In this document: one piece after another, positions 60,286 through 64,000 of the stretch
How the letters are laid out: each line of letters begins with the position of its first letter
How positions within the stretch are numbered: position 1 is the stretch's first letter
Assembly: GCA_022605425.2 (NCBI GenBank)
Contig: JAKIMF020000001.1
Coordinates: forward strand, 248,001-312,000
Direction: 5' to 3'
Source of the DNA: Hamiltosporidium tvaerminnensis FI-OER-3-3
Taxonomy: Eukaryota; Fungi; Microsporidia
DNA length: 64,000 bases
The notes under the pieces: model-generated
Database searches by the model: none
The model's input: the letters and a program-made list of their open reading frames with translations, nothing else
Told to the model about the DNA's origin: nothing
Translations under genes and position numbers: made by a program

Positions 60286-61619
60286 AAAAATATTTTTTTA
60301 ATTAAATAATTGAAATTTATCTCTTTCTTGTTTCTTGAATATATTTTGAATGTATTTTTTAAAGTGTTTTTTATAATTTATAGTTCACTGAATCTGTATT
60401 TTGTAAATATTTGTAATTTTTTTAAAGTTAAGTATAGAAGTATGTTAGATTATATGAATATTTATTGTTAGATATCTTGTTAAGCTTTACAAATGAAGTT
60501 TTTTGCGAGAAAAATTCCTATAAATTTTTATTATTTTGGATATTAATTTATCTTTAAATTAAATTACATGCAATATCTAATTTAATTTGCTATTTATGAA
60601 TTTACATTTAATTGTTGGATTTTATTACTATTAATTATATCTGATGCTCATACCTAGATTTTTTTCAAGTATTGGTTTGAGATTTTGTTATCCTTTGTAA
60701 TTTTTGCTCTTATATTTAAAGATTTTGTGCCTTTTGTTATGAATCTTTCTAGGTATATTTTTTTTATTATTTTTTAGACAATGCATTCATTTTATTTGCA
60801 TATCAGAAAGTTACAGTGATGATTCTTGAAGAAAATCATATCTTAACTGTGTATTTTCTTAATACAGTGGTTCAGAATCACAATTTTAGTCTTACTTTAA
60901 ACGAAAAAACAAATAAATGCAGCAATAAAAATTTAGGATTTTACTGGCAAGTTTTAATTCTACTGTTATTGATTATAAACCGAACTATATATTGCGATTA
61001 TTTAACCCTTTATAGACTTTATTTTTTAAATAATTTAAAAGGAATTTATTCTTACATACTTCAACGTATTTTGTACGTACATTTTGCTTTATAAACATTT
61101 ACATTCAAAAGGATAAAAGCATATGTTGCAGACTTAGTGCACCCATTTTCTTCAATATGTTTTTAAGATAGGCCTTTGAACTTATATGAAATACCGGGTA
61201 TATCCTTACCGAAATATTTTATGATATTAGACACAATTTTACGTAAACCATTATTAGAACACGCAAAAGAAGATTCGATATATTTACGAATGAGCAAAAT
61301 AAATTCAATATATATTTTAAACATATATTGTATCTTTGAAGTGAAAATTTAGTTTTGTTTTTCGGTTATTAATTTTCTTTGCAAATCCAACAAAATAATA
61401 AATTTAAAGAAATTTAGTTTAACTAACTTTATAGTCATATGACACATAACTTTTAACTATGCCTATAATTTATCATATAATGAGTCTTTATAGTCTTTTG
61501 GTTAATTGTATTTCATGACTCTAACTTTGAGTTTGCTTTACCAAAAAGAAAATTTTTTATTATTGAAAAGTTGTAGCCACAGAATTATAATTTAATTATA
61601 TACTGTTGCATCGGTAGAG

Positions 61620-61986
61620 GAGAATAATCACATAGAAAAACCATCTTTTGGCAATAAATATGTGGAATTGGTGTGAGGATCATTGTTTGAAATTTTGATG
61701 GACATAAATATACACTACAATTTCAGTTGTATATACGATTTTTATGGGTTTGGAGGTCGATGAAATGGCAAAACCTTTTCTAGAATTAATTTTGTAGTTT
61801 TTTATGTAACTAGACTGTAAATAACTATATTAAACTTGTGGGTAATTCCCATGTAAAAGCATAGAAAACTAGCCTTGCACTCTCAATTAGAAAGATAGGC
61901 GCAGAAAGATGTAAGAAATTATACCATCTAAACCAAAACACTAAGCAGATGGTTTGCTTCGTTGGTATAACATTGTATTATCCAGG
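61620..61986 (+). mobile_element. 5' half of the 720-bp element in the opposite orientation, truncated by a hAT insertion
   Basis: GGAGAATAATCACATAG..TGGCAAT..CATGTAAAAGCATAGAAAACTAGCCTTGCACTC..GTTGGTATAACATTG match the minus-strand consensus. Confidence 0.75.
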
Positions 61987-62682
61987 CCGGGTCCCCAAAC
62001 TACAGCCCGCGGCCACATTTTTTTGCCTCCCCCCCACAATTTTTTTTATTAAGTAGATTGTTTTTAAATAAGGACATAAAAATGAAAAAATATAGATAAA
62101 TCATACAAAAGGAATTGCAATTATAGATAATTTAGGCCTGGATTTGTAGTACGAAGAAGATTCATAACGTTTTCTTTATTTTTTTTAATATTTTATTCAA
62201 AAAAATAAAAATGAAATAGCAAAAAAATAGATACATAATTATTACTAATGAGCTTGCAGTAGTTGGGCTTTTCAGTGATAATTTTTTTAATTTTGGGTTA
62301 AATTTACTGCTAGAAACTACTAGTAACGACTTCAAGCGCTTATCTGTTAATTTAGATCTGTAAATATTTTTTTATATTTCAGTTCAGATTATGTTTCTTC
62401 GCACAGATAGGTAGAGCCGAATGTGGAAATAAAACCTCGAACAAATTTATGAACGCCGTTGAATTGCGTAACAGGAAAACTCTTATAAATTTCAGTAATT
62501 TTTTATCTATTTTTATATAGAAATATCGTTAATATACATGTTTATTTTTAAGACCCTCTATATGAAACTTTAAAAATTTGATTATAAATTTTAATAATGG
62601 AAATCGCTGAAATTTTTTCAGTATGGTAGCATAAAAAGTAATAAGTTTTCGGCCCGCGAGCCAAAAAGTTTGGAAACCCTTG
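61987..62682 (-). mobile_element. hAT (Buster/Charlie-like) internally deleted element
   Basis: Imperfect TIRs CCGGGTCCCCAAACT / AGTTTGGAAACCCTTG, subterminal GCCCGCG motifs, and the minus-strand hAT dimerisation remnant STFGSTYLCEET*S.LKY..RSKLTD. Confidence 0.8.
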
Positions 62683-63430
62683 TATTGACGATAAAAACAC
62701 AAATATATAAATAAAATCTTTTATTTAATATTTACCATTTTATTACATTTTGAGCACTGTATCTAATCTTAAGATGAGGAGTAAGAGTGCTTGTATTAAT
62801 ACATTATCTTCCCAAGATTATATTCATTGCGTATTTAATATTAAAAATGGCAGGTTAAAAATAACATTTTTAACCAGATTTTTACAGCATAGAAAAAGAA
62901 ATACGGTTTATGCATGCCAAAAAAAACAATTCTATTATCTCTATTTGGCAAAATCTCATGCCAAAGATATCTTTGAAACAGTGACTCGCCTTTAAATGAT
63001 ATCAAGAGGTACCTTTACCGATTCTTGAATGAGAGTAATTGCTTTTCTTTCAAATAAAAAAGAATTGTTATAAATGTAGAAGATTTGCTGTTTCGAGCAG
63101 TTAAGGTATAAATAACATGTTGAATATATTTTGAAAAGCTTTAAATTGCCGTTTTTGCTATTTTATTTTCGATGAATATAATCATCGAGTTACCTTTTTA
63201 GGTTAATTATCAAATTATAAAGATATTCCATTCATAAATCGTTTATATTCAAAAATATTTTATTTATTTTAATCAAAAAAAAGCTTTTAATCTTTGATAT
63301 CTTCTTTTCTTAATTACTGATATAAAAGATATATATACCAATATAGAATGCCCTTCACATGTATCAGAATCAATTGGGACAATTATTTAGAATTTCTCCG
63401 AGTAAAAAAAATCTTCAAATACTCTATATC

Positions 63431-64000
63431 ATGCTTTTTAAGTCATCTAATCACTACATTGCAGTGAAAAACATACTGTGTTCGTTTTTTCTTTTTGTAT
63501 TTTTTGGAATAAATAATTGCATTCGCATAAATATATTTTTCAACGGTATAGATCGATCATTTGATTCTACGACAAATCTATACGATTCCAATGATCTTCA
63601 TAATCTTATTGGTAGAAAAAGAATACGTGAGACCGAAACAACATTCATTGAACCAAATGATCATTCGTTTCGGCCAAATAAAAATCGATACCTTGAAACC
63701 AATCAATCAAAAGAATATAGTATAAGAAGTAAAAAACCGAGATTGGATATAGATTCAGAAAATACAACAAATATTACACCTAAATATATTCATACCAATG
63801 TTAAATGTAATCTGGGAGGAGATTTAGATCAAATCAATGTTGAAAAATCTAGTTTCGAGCTAATGAATGAAAGAATTAAAAATGACGGCAATTTGAAAAC
63901 CACACAAAGTAGGCCATGTCAAAGAACCATGGATTCTATTACTATCGATTATTCGAATATTTTTATAATTAGGTCGCGTTGTTTTGATATTTTATACAGA
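63431..64000 (+). CDS. Putative secreted lineage-specific protein, 3'-truncated by the window edge (absent from the ORF track)
   Basis: 190 open codons from ATG 63431 to the window end in very AT-rich DNA; signal-like N-terminus MLFKSSNHYIAVKNILCSFFLFVFFGINNCIRINIFF. Confidence 0.75.
   Translation, partial: MLFKSSNHYIAVKNILCSFFLFVFFGINNCIRINIFFNGIDRSFDSTTNLYDSNDLHNLIGRKRIRETETTFIEPNDHSFRPNKNRYLETNQSKEYSIRSKKPRLDIDSENTTNITPKYIHTNVKCNLGGDLDQINVEKSSFELMNERIKNDGNLKTTQSRPCQRTMDSITIDYSNIFIIRSRCFDILYR

Overview
Very AT-rich, gene-sparse, repeat-rich eukaryotic DNA with intronless genes and CCC-like motifs just upstream of start codons. It is most consistent with a large-genome microsporidian (Hamiltosporidium-like; this is inference). 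Housekeeping genes: the C-terminal half of a cytoplasmic dynein heavy chain heavily expanded by in-frame GAGGGTGTTA/TAACACCC repeats, an Lsm/Sm protein, a disrupted NAD(P)HX epimerase, SMC6 (1-nt frameshift), tRNA-Gly(TCC), asparaginyl-tRNA synthetase and TAF9. Lineage-specific genes: a convergent gene pair present twice as an inverted duplication with mosaic divergence, plus two further putative secreted proteins. Mobile DNA: an intact RT+restriction-like-endonuclease non-LTR retrotransposon with a 12-bp TSD and two fragments of it, two decayed DD34E Tc1/IS630-type transposons, a non-autonomous Helitron, a hAT/Buster remnant and a Ginger-like remnant. There are also six roughly full-length copies of an unannotated ~720-bp non-coding element, one with a 13-bp TSD. 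The best candidates for something undescribed are (1) polar, self-complementary in-frame repeat insertions throughout dynein, whose core motif also occurs inside the Helitron, and (2) the ~720-nt conserved RNA-like element and its ~1.36-kb tandem locus, where it alternates with a covarying ~65-nt hairpin that has TATA and oligo-T signals.
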